From assembly GCA_977862235.1 (NCBI GenBank), contig OZ374561.1:124001-188000 (forward strand): DNA of 64,000 nt, in the 5' to 3' direction. The position numbers were made by a program, and so were the translations under genes. This DNA is from Dudresnaya verticillata (Eukaryota). Of this stretch, positions 55,118 through 64,000 are shown piece by piece; positions within the stretch are counted from its first letter, which is position 1; each line of letters opens with the position of its first letter. The notes beneath the pieces are model-generated. The model was not told the DNA's origin and did no database searches. It saw only the letters and a program-made list of their open reading frames with translations.

Positions 55118-56734
55118 TCAAATAGTCTTTGCGTCGTTCATGGAGGACTGGGCAGCTGCTGAGAAGATTGGCAGACCTGCAAAGTACACTGGATTATCAG
55201 CACCGCTTTTGCCTAGACTTGGATTTTGCGGGACATAGCTCTGGTCTGGGTAAGTAGCAAATGCGCTGGTGTCCGCCTTTCGGTCCTTAACGGCCGCTTC
55301 GATGACATAAACCCCGCGGTCGTACAACGTGTACAAAAACACGCCAGCATAAATGATGTATGCGGGAGCCCCAATGTTTGGATCCTGGTCCAGAATAGTT
55401 CGCTTGTACGCATTCATGAAGAAGTGAAGACCCACGCAAGACATGCAGATGTACTGAGCAAAGTCCTTCCGAACGCCCGAAACGTAAGCAGTCATACCAT
55501 GCAACACGAGGTGGCCAACAAATAAGAGACCATGAAGCAGCATGAAAGTCTCAGCTAATCGCTGGGAGCGATGTCGAAAAACGATTAGAATGTCTGTTCT
55601 GCTCACCACAGTCATGAGGGCACACGCCACAGACAAAATCCCAAAGTACAGGTTGATGGCAATTAAATAATGTTCCACTGTGAGTAGTGAAAGCCTCTTC
55701 TTGACCTTCATGACAAGCCATGTTGCTGCGACGAGGGGGCATAACAGAATTATATAAAAGATCAGGCCAGTGTAGAACGGACTATTCTTAATCGCTGGCA
55801 GATACTGGTTGATGGCCTCAGTCGTCTCAGTAGTCAGCTGCTCGTTGAACTCGGTGGCTTCATCGACACTGTGAACAATGGGTGCCAGCGCATTAGACAT
55901 CTTCAAAATCGTCTGCTTAAAAACAGGGTGTAGAGTATCCACATGGCGTTCCAACCATGTATGAAACCCACTTTCTTGAAAGTGGTTGACAAGCCTCTCC
56001 ACCTTCTTCAAAAGGCGCTCACGCTCAGCCTCAAGTTCCCGTTCGAACGCATCAGTCTTCTTCCTCTCCGCGTCCATCTTCGCGTAGGCGGTTTCATAAT
56101 TGCTCTTCTCATTCTGCAAGTCCTTGAGCAACTTCTCTACATGCTTGCGCTGCTCCGCAATGCTCTCCTTCTCATCCCAAGTAGCACTTTTCCGCTGCTC
56201 GGCCAGACGCAGCATCAGCTCAGCTCGTGACTCCTCCTCCTTGTACTCGTGCTCCTGCTTGACGCGAACGTTCAGCCTCATCTGCAGGTCCTTGACGCGT
56301 TTCAAAAGCTCGTTTTTCTGGCGCATCTTGCTGCGCAGCCGCTCCAGATTCTCCAACTTCTTCTTGAGCTCTTCCTCCTCCGACAGGACCTTGTCGAGCG
56401 ACTTGTCATCACCTGCGATAGAGGCGTCGTCGTCCGATGTCTTGACGTCGTCACCCAACGTCTTCACATCGTCACCCAACGTCTTGACACCGTCACCCAA
56501 CGTCTTGACACCGTCACCCAACGTCTTGACGTCTTCACGCAACGTCTTGACGTCGTCTTCCGACGTCTTGACTTCGTCGACCGATTTCTTGACGCCGTCG
56601 ACCGAAGTCTTGTCGACGTCTGCGATGAGCTGCTCGTTCTCGGTGCCGTAGTTGGCAGCGGCAAGGGTGGCGAGGTGCGACAGGCACAGCAGCAGGGCCA
56701 GCGCGAGCAGGGCTGAGCGCGACGAGAGGCGCAT
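55118..56734 (-). CDS. Signal peptide + coiled-coil + ~5 TM protein, copy B
   Basis: ATG at 56734 (MRLSSRSALLALALLLCL), 538 aa; 7-aa repeats; coiled coil; GFHTWL motif; five TM segments. Confidence 0.88.
   Translation of the reverse strand: MRLSSRSALLALALLLCLSHLATLAAANYGTENEQLIADVDKTSVDGVKKSVDEVKTSEDDVKTLREDVKTLGDGVKTLGDGVKTLGDDVKTLGDDVKTSDDDASIAGDDKSLDKVLSEEEELKKKLENLERLRSKMRQKNELLKRVKDLQMRLNVRVKQEHEYKEEESRAELMLRLAEQRKSATWDEKESIAEQRKHVEKLLKDLQNEKSNYETAYAKMDAERKKTDAFERELEAERERLLKKVERLVNHFQESGFHTWLERHVDTLHPVFKQTILKMSNALAPIVHSVDEATEFNEQLTTETTEAINQYLPAIKNSPFYTGLIFYIILLCPLVAATWLVMKVKKRLSLLTVEHYLIAINLYFGILSVACALMTVVSRTDILIVFRHRSQRLAETFMLLHGLLFVGHLVLHGMTAYVSGVRKDFAQYICMSCVGLHFFMNAYKRTILDQDPNIGAPAYIIYAGVFLYTLYDRGVYVIEAAVKDRKADTSAFATYPDQSYVPQNPSLGKSGADNPVYFAGLPIFSAAAQSSMNDAKTI
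56428..56620 (-). repeat. Coding 21-bp tandem repeat (DDVKTLG-type heptads)
   Basis: About 9 degenerate units encoding D(D/G/E)VK(T/K)(L/S)x. Confidence 0.9.
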
Positions 56735-57772
56735 GGCGGGTGACGCGGGTGCGCGGGCAGATGTGCGCGGCGGCGGCGCGTCGAGCGTGCGGACGTGCGC
56801 GCACGGCCGCGACCAGTGGCGAGGCTGCGGTCGCGAGCCACCTACGCTGGCAGACGGGGTGCGAGCGGGCGGCGAGCGCGGCGGGCGGTGACGACGAGTG
56901 GGCGCGGGGCTGCGTGCGCAGGGCGTCGCGGCGGGGGTATGGCGCGACAGGGCGGGGTGGAATGGGGAGGGAGGGAGGGCTGGGCACTGTAGCGGGTGGA
57001 TGTGGAGAGAAGTGCGGCGGCGGAGCAAGTGATGGGGCGGCGATGGGATGCGGGAGGGTTGCACAGGGTTTTGTCGTGTGTCGGTGGTGAGGATGGGAGC
57101 TGGAGGTGCAGCGTTGCAGGCAGGACGCGAAGGAGACGCGGGGGTTTGTGTCCGGGAAGCGGGGATTGGGAAGCGGGTTTGGGACTTTCCCAGTTTGTTC
57201 TGAGAGTTGCAGAAAAAAAGCAGAATGAAAGGCTGCAGCAGGCCCTGATCCGGGTGGAGAGACGCCTTATTTGTTGCATTACGGTGAAAAGCTGGGCCCC
57301 TGAGACGCAGGCGCCTTCCCTTTCAAAGGAGACCCAGACGTTTCGCGGCTCTGTGGCCGGCAGATTCATTACAGTCCGGATTGGATCGCGATCAGCGCTC
57401 CTGACACCAAATCCGTTTGGCGCATTCCATACGGCATGCTGCGCAACCAATACAAACCATTTACCTCATCCCTGAAAGCAAAGAGAACTCACCCGATTGC
57501 TCTCCGACGAACTGCAAACCATTGCAGCAGCTGTGAACCAACGGGCAATGATCACGCCATTGGACCGAACAGCTTCTCTATCCACGCCACGAACCATTGC
57601 CCTGCCATTCACTATGCAGCCGCGGCAAACTCCTGTATGACGTATGGATTAGCATCTTTGCGTTCCTATCGCACTGCAGCTCGCCATTTGCTCTCACATC
57701 CAGATATCCATCCCGCCCGCCCTATTCATTCACTTTCGCCTCTCCCACCAAAATCTTCTTCCTTCTCACCAC

Positions 57773-59080
57773 CTACCGCCACGCCACACAGCACAGGTTT
57801 CGCACGCTAACCGCATCTCCCCACACACGGCACGTCCGCACATGCCGAAACCTTCCCGATTCTTCAAGCACGGCAGCACGATCAAGAACCACACCCATTT
57901 CCATCACCTCCCCCGCGAGCGTTCTCGGCAGCGTGAGCGCCCTCATCACTCGGTAGCTATCCCTAGCCACGCTCTGCCGTTGCTCCATCTCCTCCCGTCC
58001 AAGGTCGTCCACCAACCCATTTAACTGGAGCACCTCCCCGCCAACCTCGACTAGGCCCCTCCGCAAACGGTGCCGGGAGATCCCGTGCACCTCGTCACCT
58101 GCCCGCGATACCGCTTTTCCTCGCGCCTGCAGTAGCTCCCGCAATGCGTACCGCGTCTCCCGTGCTGTCACATCCGCCCCATTCACGTAACCACGTGTCC
58201 GATTCGTGGCTCCAAGCGTTCCGCGTGGCAATGTTAGTGCTTCGCGTAATCTTTCGTCATCTCTCACGCGAGCTGAGAGCGGTGAGCGCACTTCATCGCC
58301 CTTGGCAAGCTTCTGTAGACAACATGAAACAAGTGCCACTGCAGCAGGTCCAGTCGAAGCCGCACTCTCAACGATAGCGTCCCCTAGAGCACCACAAGCG
58401 TGCAAGCCAAGCAACATATCAGTCATGCCAGCTTTGAGAGCAGTATCTCCAATGCTAGCACAGGATAAACTCAGAGATGGCGAGGGGCCTATGACCAGAG
58501 GAGCATATAGCTCAGCTGCCGAGCGCAGCAACGACTCGTCCCGATCGACTGCAACGATAGGTGGGGCGGAGGGCAGATGGGTTGCGAGGTGAGAAGCGAG
58601 GTGAGCATGCCCGGCACCGACATCCACAATCTGTGTGACTGGTACGGTGGTTTGTGAAAGCAGATGAGAGGTCAAAGCCGCTAATTGTCGTATCTGTGCG
58701 CGCTTGGTAGCCCGTGGGCGCTTCTTAGACCTTCGCGTGGACTGACCTGGAAATTCGGATGCGTCGTCAAGATACACTGACGGAAGCAGAGGGAAGTTGG
58801 CTGAGAACAAGGCAGCACGTGACGCCAGGCTTTTTAGGAATGGTGGAGCCTTTCTGTTAGTCGCATCAAGATATGAACCGAACCCAACTTCCTCGCACGT
58901 ATGCAGATCGGAATCGGAGAGCGAGAGCAGATAGCTTGACACTGATGGCGGCATCCATGATGGAGGATCTGGGGTTGTTATGCGATAGTCGAGAATTTCC
59001 CTGCAGTCTCGAATGAGGTTTGCTGCCTCAAGTAGGGCTTGTGACGGTACCAATGTGGGTGGGATGAATGAGGCAGTCAT
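57773..59080 (-). CDS. SAM-dependent methyltransferase, METTL25/RRNAD1-like (Methyltransf_32)
   Basis: KRAQI, IVDVGAGHAHLA, VAVDRD, LLGLHACGALGD, VSCC, SVRN motifs. Confidence 0.85.
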   Translation of the reverse strand: MTASFIPPTLVPSQALLEAANLIRDCREILDYRITTPDPPSWMPPSVSSYLLSLSDSDLHTCEEVGFGSYLDATNRKAPPFLKSLASRAALFSANFPLLPSVYLDDASEFPGQSTRRSKKRPRATKRAQIRQLAALTSHLLSQTTVPVTQIVDVGAGHAHLASHLATHLPSAPPIVAVDRDESLLRSAAELYAPLVIGPSPSLSLSCASIGDTALKAGMTDMLLGLHACGALGDAIVESAASTGPAAVALVSCCLQKLAKGDEVRSPLSARVRDDERLREALTLPRGTLGATNRTRGYVNGADVTARETRYALRELLQARGKAVSRAGDEVHGISRHRLRRGLVEVGGEVLQLNGLVDDLGREEMEQRQSVARDSYRVMRALTLPRTLAGEVMEMGVVLDRAAVLEESGRFRHVRTCRVWGDAVSVRNLCCVAWR

Positions 59081-59372
59081 CGCTAGCTAGGAAGAGACAG
59101 GATGAAGAGAGTCTTAGAATATCGGGTGAGCTCCCCGTTCTGTGCTCAGAAGGACATTCTGATCCAGTACGGAAAACATGAAAATTGATCGCTTGACGAT
59201 AGAAAAATCAAACTCACAGCCCTCAACAAACACAGGCCAACAGCGCTACTTCTTTATGCCTCAATGCACGAACTCAGTCGCAGCACACCGTAGGTAAACT
59301 TTTCTCACATCTCCGAGAAGTGTAAGCCAGTTCAGCAATTGAATATCTCTCTGAAGAGTTTGCGGTCTTTTG

Positions 59373-60248
59373 CTAGGCAGCTTCTGCTTTTCGAACTATG
59401 GCAAGCACAGTATTGACGTGATTTTCTCCTAGGTAGTCCCTTAACCATCGGTTGAAGCTCGAAATAGAAATTGCCCTCCCGCGATGATCCAAGGCACATC
59501 GCGAAAGCCACTCTTTTATAATCATCCGTGGCATCCAACGGACGAGAATTGGAAGATCTATGCGCTGGCTTCCGTTCTCTATCATCTTCAAGACCATTTT
59601 TTGAAAGAGTTCATCACGCTCTTCCGGGATGGTCCCAGCCTCTTGCAAAAGTGGTGCAATAATGCTCTCCACGCTTCGAAAGTACTGCACTAACTTTTCG
59701 GCGAGTTCAACTGCTCCACAGACACCATCGACAAACTGAACTCGTAATAGAGATGCCCTCCCTTGTCCGGATATCTCTGCAGATAAACGTGCTTGTTTGG
59801 CGTAAACAATGCTAGAATGCTCTTCAATCTCTTTCCGAGCTTTAAGCAATATCTCTATCTCAACATGTCTACCTCTCTCCAAATTCACCTTTGCGAAAAC
59901 CCACGGGAAGAGTTCTTCCTCATGCCATGAGATGACATTCTGTTTGAGAAACTTTGAAAATGTTCGGAACCATAGCGTGGAATTCTTCACGTCATCGACG
60001 GTCAGCTCGCTTCCCAAATCTGCCATCGCGCGATACATCGAGAACATGTCACTGAGCTCTTGGCGGACAGCATTTTGCGAAAGAGCTGGGATGTCTATGC
60101 AGCAAGAGTTGAGCTCGGCGAAAGTCGCAGGCTCTAGAGGTAGAGTCTTTGCCAGTGCATCTGCAAACGAAGAAAACAGTGGCTCGTCCTGAATGTCAGA
60201 CCACAACGGATGAGAATGTTTCTTCAACGTTAGCATTTTCGACTCCAT
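59373..60248 (-). CDS. Helical protein, degenerate hemerythrin-like (HHE) fold
   Basis: 291 aa; QNAVRQEL, WF..F..F......HEEELFPW and YF..VE.II.PL resemble hemerythrin-like helix motifs. Confidence 0.6.
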   Translation of the reverse strand: MESKMLTLKKHSHPLWSDIQDEPLFSSFADALAKTLPLEPATFAELNSCCIDIPALSQNAVRQELSDMFSMYRAMADLGSELTVDDVKNSTLWFRTFSKFLKQNVISWHEEELFPWVFAKVNLERGRHVEIEILLKARKEIEEHSSIVYAKQARLSAEISGQGRASLLRVQFVDGVCGAVELAEKLVQYFRSVESIIAPLLQEAGTIPEERDELFQKMVLKMIENGSQRIDLPILVRWMPRMIIKEWLSRCALDHRGRAISISSFNRWLRDYLGENHVNTVLAIVRKAEAA

Positions 60249-61081
60249 AAGGACGTCTCGAAGATTCAGTCCAGCGGAAGTCGATACTATAACACATAAA
60301 CTTCGTCTCGAAGGGCTACCTTACAGCACACATTGTCAAAGCATCCTTACGATGTGCATCATGGTTCTGCGCAATACAGTATTTTGCAACCGTTCTCGAA
60401 GTTGCTTTCACATGATCACTGAGAAACCTAAGGTGTTGCAGAGTAGCTGTCCCAACATCAATCGACTAGAACATGATTACCAGGATTACATGGACTCGGT
60501 CAGGGCGTGGAGACTCAAGATATTAACATCATGTCTTATGCTTAACTCCGAGGAGCTTGCGCAGCTCCGAGAATTGTCTCGAAAGAATCTGTGCTGCTTG
60601 CTTACCGTGACGTTTATCGCCACCTCATGTTGTCCCTACTGTCAATGCGAATTCAAAGGTGCAGGAAGAATTTGGGACAGCAAGCAATTCTTGCAGTCCA
60701 TTCTGTGTGAATCACGTTGCATGCGAAGAAGTGCGCCGAGATGGTGACGACAGATTTCTTTCTTCTGTGCTGACGAAGTTTCACGAGTCGGTTTTCACAT
60801 GGCTGTTTACCACGCGACATGGTCTATGCTTTGCCTCTGCGCTATACTGTACTAACAGGAGTTTGTATTGTGAAGCTCTCACTTTTACTGCTAAAGGAAA
60901 GGGCAGAAAATCTGCATATATCAAGTCAGGTGTCGCGCTGGGTCTTTGCCTGTGCGGCTGTACTCTGGCCCCGAGCTGTTCTAATCTGCTGTCCCTGCTT
61001 TCCCCTCATTCCATCCTACATTCTTTTCTCGGTTTCCGTATCTTTAGCTGGGTCCGAAACTGCCCCCAAGACTTTGCTACA

Positions 61082-61330
61082 ATGGCATCCATGGCTCAGG
61101 AGTATAGTGAGCTCCACATTCAAGCCGAACCGCAAGACCCCAAAAAACGCGAGACGGGAAGTGGAAGACTTGTGAAAAAGGTTTCGCACCGAGCAATGGT
61201 CAAGACTTTTCGGAAGCTTGTTAAGGTACCGTCTGGGATCAAATCTCCGAAGGCAAATGGTCACCAAAATATATCCCATAAGGGCCCGGACAATGAGGAG
61301 AAAGAAAACGAGGCTTCTCCCAATGCATGA
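61082..61330 (+). CDS. Possible small basic/hydrophilic protein
   Basis: 82 aa from acaATGg; pyrimidine-rich leader; Lys/Glu-rich; no homology recognised. Confidence 0.35.
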   Translation: MASMAQEYSELHIQAEPQDPKKRETGSGRLVKKVSHRAMVKTFRKLVKVPSGIKSPKANGHQNISHKGPDNEEKENEASPNA

Positions 61331-61412
61331 CACGACTCCCAGAGACCGAGAAGAAGAAAACAACTGAGCTGCAACGTATGGTTGCGACTTGCGTTTACTT
61401 AGTTAAAGCTAG

Positions 61413-64000
61413 TTATTTCATTTCTGGAGTTTCAATTGTTCCCTGCATGATTCTGGAGCTGGTCGAAGTAAAGCCTAGAACAAGACTTGGATCCACCTTG
61501 GCAGGGCGATGACGCCGACCCTTCTTTCGACCGGCGTTTCCACCTGCACCGGCGTCTGCGACAACGCTGGTCCTTTCAAACTCTAGACGTCGAACAAACT
61601 CATCTGCAAACGTACGGGTGCTATCATTTGAACCTAGATTCTGAAGAAGAGTGTCCGTGATCTCTGCCGCTGTCGGAATTGTGACTAAGTATTCAAACAG
61701 TGTTGTGTCAGGACTCTTGGCCCCAGTAAGCTTGCGCACATTCTCAGCGATCCAGTTGCCAAACTCGTTACTAATACGTCCACCGATAACAACACTTTCC
61801 TCGGCTTTGTTTGCTTCTCGCCCTTCACCCTTTTGCTTGCCTTGCATTCCAGCTCTTCGAGATCCTGTAGCCGGAGCCGCTGCTGGCTTCACAACTGGTG
61901 GACGGACTGGGGTAGAAGCGCTGGACTGTGCCGAGCCTGCCTGCACTGCGCGAGAAAATGGGGGGCGCACGGGTCTCGAAGACGGCGCCACAAGTCCTTG
62001 GGTTTGGCCACCAACGGAGTCCCAGAAAGGGGTGTCCTCATCCATTCTCTTCCCGACGACGGTCGCTGCCGTAGGTCTCCTCACCACTGGAGTACTGTTT
62101 TTAGCGGCAATGCTAGCCCAACCAGTTTTCGTCCCTTGTGGCCGAGCGGCAACCCCCTGAGCGCTTCCAGAAGTTGCTGCCTCACGTGCCGTGTGAGAGG
62201 CCTTTTTCTTCTTCTGTTCTTCTTCGATTTCCCTCAAGCTCATCGTCGGCTGCTTCGAAGCGTCGCCAGCACCACCCCATGGTTGCACATTGTGGTTCCA
62301 ACGCACGGCTGGGGCCTTCGTGGCTTCCTCCCTCTCCTGATGCACTGGTGTTGTTCTCTCCTCCGCCTTGCTGCGGAGTTCTTCGCGCTGAATCTCTCGT
62401 AGACTCAACCCATTGCTTGCAGTACTCGGCCCACTGCTCTTGCTCCACGGTGCGATAGTGGGGACTGTATCGGTGATAGAACGCCCTGGACTTACCGGAT
62501 CGATCACAGAATCGCTAGCTCCAGCCTCGCTTGCTTCACTTGGTTTCGCCTCCGATTCAGCTTCTAGTCTCCCATTGGCCACATGACGCAACCCTGGAGC
62601 AGCAGAGCTGGCATCGTCAAGCTCTTTTTGCGGGACTGCGTTTCCTTGTGCTAGGACGGCACTGCCACTGTCTTCGGAAGCTTGCGGACTTTCAACTGGC
62701 TCCTTCCCATGTCTGGTAACCTTTTCCCAGCCATCACCAGCTGCAGCGGCGTCATACGCGCTATTCAGGTTCCGCCTCGTAGTGTGCTCATCATCTATGA
62801 TGCGTTCACCATCACTCGCAACGTTTTTCTCAACTTCTAGAACAGCTCTCAAGGGATCTTGGCTGACGGGGGTACCAGTGGGAATTGCAGGGATGGGTCC
62901 ATTGCCCACTGGCTGCTTCGGGGAATGCGTCTCGGACTTAGTAATGCTATGTGGTGACATCGTGCCATGCGATTCTGGGGATGGGAGAGACGTCTGGACC
63001 TGCAATTGTCTCTGCTGTTGTTCACGAGCCGCAGCGACTGCAGTTTGCTGCTGCATGATGTGGGCATGTGCGCTAGTAGCAAGGTACTTGATGCGATCCA
63101 TCTGGACATTGTGCTCTTTCATGGCTGTTTGAGTTCTAGCTAGAACCATTCTAGCTCTGTCATGTTCGATGGAGCCTGCCCGTGATGAGCCCAGTGTTGC
63201 TTGGGCTGTTTGAGCGGTCCGACCAAGTTCCATGTTTGCTCGAAAATGGGCATCGAACTGTACTTGCAATTGCGAAACTCGCTGCTTCCACAACCACACT
63301 GCATCCTGCGATTGCGATTGAGCCTGCGCTTGAGCCATAACGGAAGCTTGTTGAGCTGCAGCCCGAACGGCCTGTGCTTGCTGCATGTGTACCTGATTCT
63401 GAAGGTGGCGCTGCTGCGCCTGCACCTGGGCTTGTTGCTGGGCCTGCACTTGAGCTTGCTGCTGCGCCTGTACCTGAGCTTGCTGCTGCGCCTGTACCTG
63501 AGCCTGCTGCTGCGCCTGTACCTGGGCTTGCTGCTGTGCTTGGACCTGGGCTTGAAGCTGGGCCTGCCGATATGCTTCAGCACGCGCACGTGCCTCAGCC
63601 TGTGCGCGGACTTGCACCTGAAGCTGTGCCTGCTGCTGAGAAATTTGCGGCGCGAGGGGTACTTGCATGTTAGGATGCGTCTGCAAACGCTGCCTGCTCT
63701 CTAGAACAGAATCCCGAGTTGCAAGCACATTACCCGCATCTGCCCCAGCAGTGAATGACAACCAAGATGGCATTCCTGATGAATTAGCCCTCGGAGATGC
63801 ACCAGACGATGCCTGAACCGCAGAATGGGAGAAAGAGGCATGTGCTATGGCAGGATCAATGGCCATGAGATCTGGTTCAGTTGCGGGAGCGGGCACTGTA
63901 GGTACAGTTGGCGCCCCAAGATGCTGCTGCTGCAGCTGCTGCCTGTCCTGCGACTGCGGGTGAGCTTTCTGCGGCTGTTGCGGTTGCTGTTGCTGTTGCG
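61413..64000 (-). CDS. GIGYF/EXA1-type GYF-domain protein, 3' portion (runs off the window)
   Basis: Frame is open to base 64000. SLREIQxEE motifs, WASIA, F.NW...L...DTTLFEYL...FADEFVRR and the terminal KVDPSLVLGFTSTSSRIMQGTIE match the plant GIGYF (EXA1) C-terminus. The GYF domain itself is not in the window. Confidence 0.8.
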   Translation of the reverse strand, partial: QQQQQPQQPQKAHPQSQDRQQLQQQHLGAPTVPTVPAPATEPDLMAIDPAIAHASFSHSAVQASSGASPRANSSGMPSWLSFTAGADAGNVLATRDSVLESRQRLQTHPNMQVPLAPQISQQQAQLQVQVRAQAEARARAEAYRQAQLQAQVQAQQQAQVQAQQQAQVQAQQQAQVQAQQQAQVQAQQQAQVQAQQRHLQNQVHMQQAQAVRAAAQQASVMAQAQAQSQSQDAVWLWKQRVSQLQVQFDAHFRANMELGRTAQTAQATLGSSRAGSIEHDRARMVLARTQTAMKEHNVQMDRIKYLATSAHAHIMQQQTAVAAAREQQQRQLQVQTSLPSPESHGTMSPHSITKSETHSPKQPVGNGPIPAIPTGTPVSQDPLRAVLEVEKNVASDGERIIDDEHTTRRNLNSAYDAAAAGDGWEKVTRHGKEPVESPQASEDSGSAVLAQGNAVPQKELDDASSAAPGLRHVANGRLEAESEAKPSEASEAGASDSVIDPVSPGRSITDTVPTIAPWSKSSGPSTASNGLSLREIQREELRSKAEERTTPVHQEREEATKAPAVRWNHNVQPWGGAGDASKQPTMSLREIEEEQKKKKASHTAREAATSGSAQGVAARPQGTKTGWASIAAKNSTPVVRRPTAATVVGKRMDEDTPFWDSVGGQTQGLVAPSSRPVRPPFSRAVQAGSAQSSASTPVRPPVVKPAAAPATGSRRAGMQGKQKGEGREANKAEESVVIGGRISNEFGNWIAENVRKLTGAKSPDTTLFEYLVTIPTAAEITDTLLQNLGSNDSTRTFADEFVRRLEFERTSVVADAGAGGNAGRKKGRRHRPAKVDPSLVLGFTSTSSRIMQGTIETPEMK
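63410..63555 (-). repeat. Coding 24-bp tandem repeat (QAQVQAQQ)
   Basis: About 6 units in the Gln-rich region. Confidence 0.9.

Noticed and set aside
60845..60858. TACTAACAG as intron branch point and acceptor
   Set aside because: No convincing donor site or spliced reading frame could be built by eye.

Overview
Eukaryotic nuclear DNA, most likely a multicellular red alga. This is inferred from the compact genes, none of which needs an intron, a nuclear plastid-targeted FTR variable subunit with an N-terminal 'AF' transit-peptide motif, and a plant-type GIGYF C-terminus. About 19 well-supported genes are present. Recognisable ones: a PH + AGC kinase, L-2-hydroxyglutarate dehydrogenase, NF-YA, mRNA cap N7-methyltransferase, FTR variable chain, mitoribosomal mS35, E2F, a METTL25-like methyltransferase and the 3' part of GIGYF/EXA1. 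Four paralog pairs have no known function: F-box-like proteins, ~7TM proteins, bacterial-type DUF4139 proteins, and signal peptide + coiled-coil + 5TM proteins. Most notable observations: (1) a WD40 protein whose N-terminus resembles the MLKL four-helix-bundle executioner domain, next to a tandem 7TM pair with a GPCR-like Cys pattern and an F-box gene (possible immune/sensing cluster); (2) TACAGTA/TACTGTA heptamers, the canonical Tc1/mariner excision footprint, strongly enriched in intergenic DNA; (3) CpG-island-like promoters sharing CCAAT/E2F/TTTGAA motifs; (4) tandem E2F sites in the E2F promoter itself. No tRNA, rRNA, CRISPR array or intact transposon was recognised. All family assignments were made by eye from motifs; no searches were run.
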